Below, in pieces: positions 17,830 through 25,781 of a DNA stretch of 40,607 nucleotides. Position 1 is the stretch's first letter. Every line of letters begins with the position of its first letter. The position numbers were made by a program, and so were the translations under genes. Under the pieces are notes generated by a model. The model had not been told where the DNA came from. It saw only the letters and a list, made by a program, of their open reading frames with translations, and did not search any database. The stretch is from Alphaproteobacteria bacterium (GTDB taxonomy: Bacteria; Pseudomonadota; Alphaproteobacteria; Micavibrionales; Micavibrionaceae), in the NCBI GenBank assembly GCA_046541095.1, contig JBKHDZ010000001.1:1-40607 (forward strand). Reading direction: 5' to 3'.

Positions 17830-19446
17830 TTAAGCCAGAATGTCATAGCGCATGTGCCCGGTATCGGGATCGACATGCCATGTCATTGTGGACTCGATTA
17901 TCTCTTCGTTTTCATCCTCGCCGCCTTGGCCGCGAGCGTCATTGCGGGAGCCGTCATGGCTTCCGTCCTGTCCGAAATCCTGGTCATCTTGTGCAAGCTC
18001 AAAGCTTAGCTCACTGCCGTCGGCATCAATGCCGGCATTCTGCAAGGCGCGCTCCAAAAGTTGGACGTCACGTTGCATCATCATGAATGTTTCCGGCTTT
18101 TCGGCCGTCAAAATAGCCTTCACCGTTTTGTCCTTGTTAAAAGACATTTTAATTTCCACGCGGCCCAGCTCGGGCGGGTCCAGCTGAATGCGGATATTCT
18201 TGGTTTCGCCTGAACCGGCCATTTTCTTGATGCTGGCGGCCACAATCTGTGTGCCGGGATGAGCCTGCCCTGCGCTCTGGCTTTGCATGACAAGCGAGGT
18301 AAGCGGGCTAAGCGATGTAGCTTGCGGTGCATTGCCAAGCGGAATTCCAAGCTCATCATAGGCCCCTTCGCTATAACTCATTGGCGCGAATAAACTGCCG
18401 CCTAAAGAAAAGGGCCAGCCTTTTAACTGGGCTGTCTGCCCGTTTTTCAAGGCGTTTTCCATGCCGATCATATTATTGGCTTTGCCCTCTTTTCCGGCAT
18501 TGCTCAATATTTGCTCAAGGTCGCCCGCTTTCTCGCCTTTGGCACCTTTCAGGATTTGCTGGAAGCTCTCGGAAGTACTATCCCATTCCATGCCATCGGC
18601 TTGCGGGCTGGCGAAATTAGCGGTATTGACACCGACAACCATATTATTCAGGCGCGCCCCCGTTTCTGCCGCGGGGATCATTGGCCCTTGCAACTGCTTG
18701 GCTTTGGGGGGCAAAAGCTGGATAAGACCAGCGAATATCCCGCCGAAATCGCCGGCATTTTCTTCTATACCTTCACCATTTAAAATGTCGCGCAATTTTT
18801 CGCCGTTTTCCAAACGTTCCAGCATGGTGTCAAGCTGCTCTTTTAACTCTGTTAACTGGTCGGGCGTGATGTTTAGCGCGCTTAACGCCGGGCTTTCGGA
18901 TTCAATAAGCGCATCTATTTTCTGGATAAAGCGCTGCAAGTGAAACAGGGCAGGGCGCGCAATTTTATCCTCGATCATCAAAGCGTTTTGAATGCTTAAA
19001 TCATCTTGTGATTGCTCGCTATTATCCTGCGCTATGGATACGCTTAAATCGCCGCCTTCAATGTTTTCCAAATCTATGGCAGGTGCATCCACATTAGAAA
19101 CAGTGGGTGTCATCTCTCCTGAGATGTTGTTATTGCTTGAATCTGCGGGGATGAGGTTTGCAATGTCACCCTCTGCGCTATTTTCAGAAGCCGGAGCTTG
19201 TAATTCTTCCGGCACACTATCCAGCGCCATCTCTTCAGGAACTTCTGTCAGTGCCAAAGCCTTGCTGTCTTGTTTCCCGGATTGTTCTTTTTCAAGAGCC
19301 TGCGCGGAAGTTTGCAAGAAAAAGTCGAAGAAATTCAGGCCTCTCAAGCCAGCGCCATCTGTCCCTTTTGCGGCTTTCATGGTCTTGCCATGCGCAGGGG
19401 CGTGGCCGTTTTGGGCTATCTGGGTTGTAAAAATGTCTAAACTCAT
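17830..19446 (-). CDS. fliK: flagellar hook-length control protein FliK
   Basis: 538 aa with a long low-complexity N-terminal part. C-terminal Flg_hook domain (IRIQLDPPELGRVEIKMSFNKDKTVKAILTAEKPETFMMMQRDVQLLERALQNAGI). Lies upstream of flgD. Confidence 0.85.
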   Translation of the reverse strand: MSLDIFTTQIAQNGHAPAHGKTMKAAKGTDGAGLRGLNFFDFFLQTSAQALEKEQSGKQDSKALALTEVPEEMALDSVPEELQAPASENSAEGDIANLIPADSSNNNISGEMTPTVSNVDAPAIDLENIEGGDLSVSIAQDNSEQSQDDLSIQNALMIEDKIARPALFHLQRFIQKIDALIESESPALSALNITPDQLTELKEQLDTMLERLENGEKLRDILNGEGIEENAGDFGGIFAGLIQLLPPKAKQLQGPMIPAAETGARLNNMVVGVNTANFASPQADGMEWDSTSESFQQILKGAKGEKAGDLEQILSNAGKEGKANNMIGMENALKNGQTAQLKGWPFSLGGSLFAPMSYSEGAYDELGIPLGNAPQATSLSPLTSLVMQSQSAGQAHPGTQIVAASIKKMAGSGETKNIRIQLDPPELGRVEIKMSFNKDKTVKAILTAEKPETFMMMQRDVQLLERALQNAGIDADGSELSFELAQDDQDFGQDGSHDGSRNDARGQGGEDENEEIIESTMTWHVDPDTGHMRYDILA

Positions 19447-19484
19447 TTTTCTTGCTTTCTATTGTCTATTGCGCTTTCAACCTT

Positions 19485-19997
19485 TTAGGCCGTTTCACTG
19501 ATTGTTCCGGTGGTCAGGCGCTTGGCATTATCCAGATCCATGCGGCCATGGGCTGTGTAATTATGCGAGCGGTCTTTTTTGACGGCATCCCGCGCGGCAT
19601 CGCGCAAGGTTCCGCTGAACCGGTCCATGGTTTTTTGCATTTTCTCCAGCGCCTTCATATTGCGGGCGGCCAGTTCGGAGAATTCCTTTTGCATCTTCTC
19701 CAGCTTTTCGCGGGCGGCAGGCTCCAGATTTTTCATGTCATCCTTGCGGGCGAGTAGCTGGGCCACGTTGTCCTGATAGATGCGGGCCGATTCAATTTTG
19801 CGGTCCTGCAATTCCATGAAAGTTTTGACATCCGAGCGGCTTAGAGCATCGGTTTCCTGTTCGTACACCGTGCGAAGATTATCGATGGTTTCCATCATTT
19901 CCTGCAAGGCGCGCCGCGGATTGGACGGCAGCTTGGTAGTCCGTGCATAGCGGTTTTGTGTATCGTGTAATTCGTGATCGGAATTATGCGTAACCAT
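19485..19997 (-). CDS. coiled-coil protein of unknown function (FlgN-like pattern)
   Basis: I prefer the ATG at 19997 (GAGGA Shine-Dalgarno, 1 nt after the upstream stop) over the ORF-track start at 20021. All-helical heptad-like sequence. No firm family call. Confidence 0.45.
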   Translation of the reverse strand: MVTHNSDHELHDTQNRYARTTKLPSNPRRALQEMMETIDNLRTVYEQETDALSRSDVKTFMELQDRKIESARIYQDNVAQLLARKDDMKNLEPAAREKLEKMQKEFSELAARNMKALEKMQKTMDRFSGTLRDAARDAVKKDRSHNYTAHGRMDLDNAKRLTTGTISETA

Positions 19998-19998
19998 T

Positions 19999-20475
19999 TT
20001 ATGCGTCCTCTTTTTGTTCATTCAGGGCCAGCAAAGTATCGCCGGCAAATTTTACCGGATGGCTTTGCCCTAATTTGTGGGCGTTCATCAAAACCCCTTC
20101 GGTCTTTTTCTTGGCGCGGTCCTGCATCTGGCCGATAATGGTATTGTTGTGGCGGGAATTCTCGCCGAGCGTATTTTGCAGGGTTTCGAGGCGATCCAGC
20201 AGGGCCGGATTGACGCCGCGAAATTCTTCAAGACGCTTTCTGAATTCAGTGGAAAGAGCAACATAGCGCTGGGTAATCAAAGTCTTTTCATCCTGCATCA
20301 CGGCCAGCGTCATCATGTCATTTTGTGCCAGCACTTGAGATTCACGCTCAGAAAAATTGATCAGGTTCTCCGTGATATTGATCAGAACGGTTAAAGCCTG
20401 ATCTTTGTCGGCGGGCAATAACTGTTGCTCGCTTGCGGCCGGATTGCCTTGTATATCTCTACCTGTATTACTCAT
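19999..20475 (-). CDS. FlgN/FlbY-like flagellar chaperone candidate
   Basis: 158 aa, helical. The pattern LINITENLINFSERESQVLAQNDMMTLAVMQDEKTLITQRYVAL resembles FlgN. Its position after flgI-flgJ matches the Caulobacter flgI-cheL-flbY order. Confidence 0.5.
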   Translation of the reverse strand: MSNTGRDIQGNPAASEQQLLPADKDQALTVLINITENLINFSERESQVLAQNDMMTLAVMQDEKTLITQRYVALSTEFRKRLEEFRGVNPALLDRLETLQNTLGENSRHNNTIIGQMQDRAKKKTEGVLMNAHKLGQSHPVKFAGDTLLALNEQKEDA

Positions 20476-20806
20476 GTGAACTTTGCTCCTGTGTTTTGAT
20501 CAGTTCTTGTTTAACGGAATCGGCAATGCCCAGATCTCCTGTCTTTGCAATAACCTTGCCATATTCCTGTAAAAGCATGCTGCGGAAGACTTCTTCGGCC
20601 TGTCCGCCGCCAAAGGGCGCTTCGGTTGATAGCCCCTGAAACATTGGTTTCATCATTTCCGCAATAAAGACGGCTTCAAATTCCTCTGCGGCCCCGGCAA
20701 TTTTTTCCAACTGGCGATTTTCCTTCAGCTTTTTGGCTGTGGTATCGCCAAGCCCTTGCGTGGCTTTCATAAGGGCAATAGTGGTGTCTTGGTGCATATT
20801 ATCCAT
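20468..20806 (-). CDS. flgJ: rod-binding protein (FlgJ N-terminal domain only; CheL-like), no muramidase domain
   Basis: 112 aa. FEAVFIAEMMKPMF motif typical of the FlgJ rod-binding domain. Start/stop overlap with flgI. Confidence 0.85.
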   Translation of the reverse strand: MDNMHQDTTIALMKATQGLGDTTAKKLKENRQLEKIAGAAEEFEAVFIAEMMKPMFQGLSTEAPFGGGQAEEVFRSMLLQEYGKVIAKTGDLGIADSVKQELIKTQEQSSHE

Positions 20807-21972
20807 CAGATCACCTCGATCTCGGCTTGTAGGGCGCCTGCGGCCTTGATGGCTTGCAAGATGACGATAATATCGCGCGGTTGCATGCCAAGGCTGTTCA
20901 GGCCGGTGACGAGGTCTTGCAGGGTTACGCCTGTATCCAGTTCGGATAATTTCACATCCTCGCCTTGATTAATCTCCACATCGGTTCTCGGAACCACGAC
21001 GGTTTGGCCTTGCTCGGCGAACGGGTTGGCCTGGGATACCTGCGGTGTCTCGGTAATTTTTATGGTCAGATTGCTTTGTGCAATGGCAACAGAGCTGATC
21101 CGTACATCCGCGCCGATAACAATGACGCCTGAGCGCTCGTTAATAACCACGCGGGCGGGCTGATCTGGCTGAACGGGGAGCTGCTCAATATCTGTAATCA
21201 AATCCACGATAGAGCCGTCAAAATTTGCAGGGCGCGTTAAAATAACGCTGGCTGAATTCTCGGAGTCTGCAATATCGGCAGACATAAAGCCGTTAATAGC
21301 TTGCGTAATGCGGCGCGCTGTTGTGAAATCGGGGTTCTTCAAGGCAAGGCGCACGCTTTGCAATTCTTCCAGCTTGAAATCAATTTCGCGCTCGACAATC
21401 GCGCCTTCTGGAATGCGTCCTGATGTCGGGATATTCTGGATAATTGTGCCCGCATCACCTTCGGCGGAAAAGCCGGAGACGCTCACCGGGCCTTGGGCCA
21501 CGGCATAGACCTCGCCATCGGCAGCCAATAACGGGGTTACCAGCAAGGTGCCGCCGCGCAAATCTGTGGCATCACCCAGCGTGGAGACTGTCACATCAAT
21601 GCGCGATCCCTGATTGGTGAAAGGGGGCAGGGTTCCTGTTACCATCACGGCGGCCACATTACCTGTATTCAGGTTCTGGCCGCGGACATTCACGCCCATA
21701 CGCTCTAACATAGCAATGAGGGAACGCTCTGTAAAAGGGGAGTTGTTCAAACTATCGCCTGTGCCATTCACGCCGACAACAAGGCCGTAACCAACAAGCT
21801 GGTTTTCGCGCACGCCTTCGATATCGACGATATCTTTAATGCGCGATGTTTTGGCATTGGCGGCGCTCGTTAGTGCAAAAAGGCTGGAGAGAAAAATTAT
21901 TCCCATCATCACCGCGGCTCTGGCGGTTGTTTTTCGGGCGAAAGCGCTCTTTTGGTTATGAATAGTCAACAT
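20806..21972 (-). CDS. flgI: flagellar P-ring protein FlgI
   Basis: 388 aa with a signal peptide. SRIKDIVDIEGVRENQLVGYGLVVGVNGTGD and the C-terminal LQAIKAAGALQAEIEVI are classic FlgI. Confidence 0.96.
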   Translation of the reverse strand: MLTIHNQKSAFARKTTARAAVMMGIIFLSSLFALTSAANAKTSRIKDIVDIEGVRENQLVGYGLVVGVNGTGDSLNNSPFTERSLIAMLERMGVNVRGQNLNTGNVAAVMVTGTLPPFTNQGSRIDVTVSTLGDATDLRGGTLLVTPLLAADGEVYAVAQGPVSVSGFSAEGDAGTIIQNIPTSGRIPEGAIVEREIDFKLEELQSVRLALKNPDFTTARRITQAINGFMSADIADSENSASVILTRPANFDGSIVDLITDIEQLPVQPDQPARVVINERSGVIVIGADVRISSVAIAQSNLTIKITETPQVSQANPFAEQGQTVVVPRTDVEINQGEDVKLSELDTGVTLQDLVTGLNSLGMQPRDIIVILQAIKAAGALQAEIEVI

Positions 21973-22022
21973 ATTTTTCTACCTGCTATTGCATGTGCAA
22001 ATTTATATTCCGGATTACTCTA

Positions 22023-22038
22023 TGCGAGCGCCGTGCCA
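22023..22038 (-). promoter_or_regulatory. sigma54 (-24/-12) promoter candidate for the flgI operon
   Basis: Minus strand reads TGGCAC-ggcgc-TCGCA, 50 nt upstream of the flgI ATG. Confidence 0.65.
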
Positions 22039-22218
22039 GTTTTATTCGGCCGTGGTTGAGCGAAGCAGGCAGGAAAGCGCTCTTTTGAGTGCAGGGAAGG
22101 GTTTAAAAGAGCAAAAAAATTCTACCCTGATAGGCAAAACTTTCCTCTTTAACGCCTTGAAATGTGGTATAGTATAAAGAGGTAGTCATATAAATTTACG
22201 TGTATCAGTTATAAAGTC

Positions 22219-22677
22219 ATGAAAATTCAAGGACCGGGCAAAACAAACGCCCCATCGAAAACAAATAAAAAAGGCAAAACATCCTCCAGCGATGAGAGCT
22301 TTGGCGATTTTGTTGCCAAAGAGGCCGGGGCGTCCTCCGGCACAACAACAACGCAAAGCATTGCGCGGGTTGATGCGCTGTTATCGGTGCAAGCCGCAGA
22401 AGATCCTACGGCACGGGCGGCCAAAAAACGTTTGCGCGCGCGCGGAAATGGTATTCTGGACGAGCTGGAAAAAATTCGCATGGCCATGCTGAATGGTTCG
22501 CTCACGGTTGGACACATGATTGATATTGCCGATGTTGTGGCCTCGCACCGCGAAAAGGTTACTGATCCGGCGCTCACGGCTATCATGGACGAGATTGATT
22601 TGCGTGCGCAGGTTGAGCTGGCCAAAATGCGTGTGGCGATTGATGCGCAAAAGGCGCACAATAAATCGGTAGGCTAA
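22219..22677 (+). CDS. fliX: class II flagellar assembly regulator FliX
   Basis: MKIQGPGKTNAPSK... start, ILDELEKIRMAMLNGSL and TDPALTAIMDEIDLRAQVELAKM align with Caulobacter FliX as I recall it. Divergent from flgI, as in Caulobacter. Confidence 0.85.
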   Translation: MKIQGPGKTNAPSKTNKKGKTSSSDESFGDFVAKEAGASSGTTTTQSIARVDALLSVQAAEDPTARAAKKRLRARGNGILDELEKIRMAMLNGSLTVGHMIDIADVVASHREKVTDPALTAIMDEIDLRAQVELAKMRVAIDAQKAHNKSVG

Positions 22678-22711
22678 CGTGGCCTTTTATTTTCGGAAAA
22701 TCTTTTCCCTC

Positions 22712-22740
22712 TTGTCATGCCCCCTAACATAACTTATATT
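22712..22740 (+). promoter_or_regulatory. sigma70-like promoter candidate for dksA (TTGTCA-N17-TATATT)
   Basis: TTGTCA at 22712-22717 and TATATT at 22735-22740. About 40 nt upstream of the dksA ATG. Confidence 0.45.
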
Positions 22741-22781
22741 CCTAACCCTTATAAATACGTTTGAATTAGGGAATTACTTAC

Positions 22782-23216
22782 ATGAGCCAAGCAAACACCG
22801 TTTTAGTGGACCCGGATTACGATCCGGAAAATGACACAGGCGATTTTATGAACCCTGTGATGAAAGAATATTTTCGCCAGCAACTTCTGGCCTGGCGCAA
22901 GGAATTATTGAACGAATCTCAGGAAACAATTTCCAATACTTTGCAAGGCACGGAATTGCAAAAGCCCGATCTGGCCGACCGCGCCTCTGCGGAAACCGAT
23001 CATGCGCTGGAATTGCGTACCCGTGACCGCGAGCGCAAACTGATTTCCAAAATCAACAAAGCGCTTGTGCGCATTGATGAAGATGAATACGGCTATTGCG
23101 AGGAAACAGGGGAGCCGATTTCCGTGGCCCGCCTGAAAGCCCGCCATATTGCGACGCTATCTTTGGAAGCCCAAGAACGTCACGAGCGCATGGAAAAAAC
23201 CCATAGAGATGACTAG
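22782..23216 (+). CDS. dksA: RNA polymerase-binding transcription factor DksA, one-cysteine (zinc-finger-less) variant
   Basis: Coiled-coil tip DLADRA (DxxDxA). The C-terminal region YGYCEETGEPISVARLKARHIATLSLEAQERHE retains only the first of the four canonical Cys. Confidence 0.9.
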   Translation: MSQANTVLVDPDYDPENDTGDFMNPVMKEYFRQQLLAWRKELLNESQETISNTLQGTELQKPDLADRASAETDHALELRTRDRERKLISKINKALVRIDEDEYGYCEETGEPISVARLKARHIATLSLEAQERHERMEKTHRDD

Positions 23217-23225
23217 TGACCGCCC

Positions 23226-23260
23226 GTCATTACGAGGAGCGCAAGCGGCGCGGCAATCTA
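23226..23260. repeat. single-arm copy of a GTCATT-CGA...AATCT short repeat family
   Basis: GTCATTACGAGGAGCGCAAGCGGCGCGGCAATCTA. Resembles one arm of the palindromic element at 23916-23990. Confidence 0.4.
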
Positions 23261-23284
23261 TTTGAAAAACTTACTGCGTACCCC

Positions 23285-23313
23285 AAAAACCGGCTCTTGT
23301 GGCCGGTTTTTTT
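23285..23313 (+). terminator. rho-independent (bidirectional-looking) terminator after dksA
   Basis: AAAAACCGGC-tcttgtg-GCCGGTTTTTTT. The 27-nt core is identical to 23786-23812. Confidence 0.8.
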
Positions 23314-23331
23314 ATTAGGCCAAATATAAAA

Positions 23332-23360
23332 TTGACATAACAAAGATGAGGCTGTATGAT
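23332..23360 (+). promoter_or_regulatory. near-consensus sigma70 promoter (TTGACA-N17-TATGAT) for the small secreted protein gene
   Basis: TTGACA at 23332-23337 and TATGAT at 23355-23360. An AAAGGA Shine-Dalgarno precedes the ATG at 23393. Confidence 0.6.
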
Positions 23361-23392
23361 GCCAAGAATTATTAATAGAAAGGACATTAATC

Positions 23393-23761
23393 ATGAAAAA
23401 AATATTGGCAGTAGCAGCATTGAGCGCAATGGCCTCGCAGGCTCAGGCACGTTGCGATGAAGTTTTTAGCGCATATGGCCCGGGTACAGATGAATCGGTG
23501 GAACTGGCCGCATGTTTTGCAGATGTTTTAAGTGAACTACCTCCTGCCATCACAGAAGATGATCTTTTTAATGAATTTAAAGATTGTGCTGCGAAGGCCT
23601 TGGACGTAGATGCGGAAAACTTACGCGATATGGATGATCCTGCATTTGAGCAATTCCTTTCTGAAAACTTTCACATGTGGACTTTTGATCATGAAATGAA
23701 ATGTCATAGTGCAAAATTTCAGGAAGATCCGACCTATGATCCTGCGAGTGCGTTGGAGTAA
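23393..23761 (+). CDS. small secreted acidic protein with four cysteines, unknown function
   Basis: 122 aa. Sec signal peptide MKKILAVAALSAMASQAQA with an AQA cleavage site. Has its own promoter and terminator. Confidence 0.6.
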   Translation: MKKILAVAALSAMASQAQARCDEVFSAYGPGTDESVELAACFADVLSELPPAITEDDLFNEFKDCAAKALDVDAENLRDMDDPAFEQFLSENFHMWTFDHEMKCHSAKFQEDPTYDPASALE

Positions 23762-23785
23762 AGAATTTTTTTAAACTTAATTTAG

Positions 23786-23814
23786 AAACCGGCTCTTGTG
23801 GCCGGTTTTTTTTT
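23786..23814 (+). terminator. rho-independent terminator, second copy of the same hairpin
   Basis: GAAACCGGC-tcttgtg-GCCGGTTTTTTTTT. Confidence 0.8.
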
Positions 23815-23915
23815 ATAAAAAAAGGCCGGAGCTGAACAACGGTGGGAAGGTTTTCAGCGTCCGGCACAGGGAGTTATGGGTGGGTAAAGTCTTAAATTTC
23901 CAAGTTTTTCTCATT

Positions 23916-23990
23916 GTCATTCCGACCGACTGTAAGGAGCGGAGGAATCTCATTTCATATCTTGAGATCCCTCGGCTTCGCTCGGGTGAC
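23916..23990. repeat. imperfect palindromic element (GTCATTCCGACCGA...GAGGAATCTC / GAGATCCCTC...CTCGGGTGAC)
   Basis: Two arms, 23916-23951 and 23964-23990, are roughly reverse-complementary around a 12-nt centre. Lies just after the flgH stop. Confidence 0.5.
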
Positions 23991-24000
23991 AGGTTTAATT

Positions 24001-24750
24001 TTAAAACGGGAAGATGATATCGTAAAGCTGCTGGCCGTAGCGGGGCTGCTGGACATCTGTAATCTGCCCTTCACCGCCATAAACAATGCGCGCTTCGGCG
24101 ATCTGGTCATAGGCGATGGTGTTATTCACCGAAATATCTTCCGGGCGAATAACGCCGTTAATCTGCAAGATACGCTTTTCGTAATTGACGCGTACTTCCT
24201 GACGGCCATGAATGGCCATATTGCCGTTGGGTAGGATTTGCGTGACAAGCGCGGCCAGTTTTACGCTCACCTCTTCTTCGCGTTCAATACTGCCGGCACC
24301 ATTAAAGGAGGAATCTGTGGTGCCATCCACCAGATCGGTATTATCAATGGCTTCGGGCAGAACGCGGTCAAGAGCTTGTTCATATCCTAAAAGAGAGTTT
24401 AATCCTGCGCTTTCATTGGCGCTTCTTGTGCGCTCGGTTTCGTTTTCCAGCTGGGCTTCATCTTCAATTTCGATCAGAACCGTAACGATATCGCCGACAT
24501 CCGCGGCGCGCTGGTCTTTAAAAAATGTTGTGCGGTTTGAAGCCCAAAGAGAATTTTTCTGGGTGACTACTTTTTGCGGGCTAGGCATCGGTAAGCTCAC
24601 GGGCTTATAATCCTTATCCGCAATCGGGTTGGTGATTTTCGACATTTCGGGCGGCTCGCCAATATTTGCAATGCGATCTGCCGCGCTACACCCCGCCAGA
24701 ATGCTTCCGGCCAAAAAGATCAGGGGAATGTGTTTGAATGTTTGTTTCAT
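24001..24750 (-). CDS. flgH: flagellar L-ring lipoprotein FlgH
   Basis: Lipobox LAGC. Motifs LWASNRTTFFKDQRAADVGDIVTVLI and NGNMAIHGRQEVRVNYEKRILQINGVIRPEDI. Confidence 0.96.
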   Translation of the reverse strand: MKQTFKHIPLIFLAGSILAGCSAADRIANIGEPPEMSKITNPIADKDYKPVSLPMPSPQKVVTQKNSLWASNRTTFFKDQRAADVGDIVTVLIEIEDEAQLENETERTRSANESAGLNSLLGYEQALDRVLPEAIDNTDLVDGTTDSSFNGAGSIEREEEVSVKLAALVTQILPNGNMAIHGRQEVRVNYEKRILQINGVIRPEDISVNNTIAYDQIAEARIVYGGEGQITDVQQPRYGQQLYDIIFPF

Positions 24751-24789
24751 GGCTTTACCTCACCTTTGCAATTATTATTTTTTGTTTGT

Positions 24790-25746
24790 TTAAAAATTCT
24801 GGATACGTACTTCTTTTTCGGCAGTTACAAGTGCGCTGACCGTACGGCTGGAACTGGCATTGACCACACGGATCAAATCACCTTTGGCACCGTTTTCCAA
24901 GGCCTTGCCCATGGCGGTTAATTCCATAGAACCGTTTTTGAAAATCATGGTGATATTCTGGCCGCGCTGGACAATCTGCGGGGCTTCAATCTCGCTCATT
25001 TTGATGGGCTTGTCGGTAAATATCATGCGGCGCGGTGTCATGCCGATCAATTCATCGGCGCTCAATATCACATCATGATTCAATGTTTTGGCACGCATTT
25101 TTTGATACCCGATATCACGGGCGCGAATAAGATGGCCGTTGCGTAGCGTATCTTTTAAGACAGGCACATTGACCACCTGGTGCATTTTTCCAGATACGCG
25201 CATGGTTTGTAGCGGGTTATCGGCATTGGGAGCATAAATAATGGCGCTAAAAAAATCATTTTCGGAATTAATATCCAGATCGCTGATTTCAAATGTGCCG
25301 GGCTGGTCTTGCGGCAGGATGATCTCGGTGGTGTTATGCGGTAAAGACAGCTCGAAATCCCCGTGATAGCCGGATGTTTTGATGGCATCAATCAGCTCGT
25401 TTTCAATTTCATCCGCTGTGATCAGCGTGGCCGCGCGTTCAAGCACGATAAATTCGCTGCTGTCCACGGGGCGCCAGGGTAGATCAAGCGCTCTGGCCAC
25501 GCGCAACAAGGTGCGGGCATCCAGAACCAATTCTGCACCGGGGCGGGGGGCAGGGCCGAGCACTTTGTCTTCATTTGCGGGCAAGTTGTAAAATATATCG
25601 CCCAACGTAATAACAGAGCCTTCTATCACATTGTTATTACGCAATTCTACCGCATTGGCTGCTCCGCTGATGAACAAATAAAGGAATAACGCTACAGCGA
25701 GAGCTGTAAATCTCGGGTAGAAAATCGGAAAAAGTAGTTTTTTCAT
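24790..25746 (-). CDS. flgA: flagellar P-ring assembly chaperone FlgA
   Basis: Signal peptide. C-terminal SAF-type region (VQRGQNITMIFKNGSMELTAMGKALENGAKGDLIRVVNASSSRTVSALV). Sits between flgG and flgH. Confidence 0.82.
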   Translation of the reverse strand: MKKLLFPIFYPRFTALAVALFLYLFISGAANAVELRNNNVIEGSVITLGDIFYNLPANEDKVLGPAPRPGAELVLDARTLLRVARALDLPWRPVDSSEFIVLERAATLITADEIENELIDAIKTSGYHGDFELSLPHNTTEIILPQDQPGTFEISDLDINSENDFFSAIIYAPNADNPLQTMRVSGKMHQVVNVPVLKDTLRNGHLIRARDIGYQKMRAKTLNHDVILSADELIGMTPRRMIFTDKPIKMSEIEAPQIVQRGQNITMIFKNGSMELTAMGKALENGAKGDLIRVVNASSSRTVSALVTAEKEVRIQNF

Positions 25747-25781
25747 GGCGTTAGTCCTTTTATTTATGGTTTTTTCTTGTT

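Noticed and set aside
23796-24234. ORFs 23796-24017 (+) and 23914-24234 (+) in the gap after the small secreted protein gene.
   Set aside because: The first is read through the palindromic repeat element (the ...IPTDCKERRNLISYLEIPRLRSGDR... type of translation typical of repeat-derived pseudo-ORFs). The second is mostly antisense to flgH.
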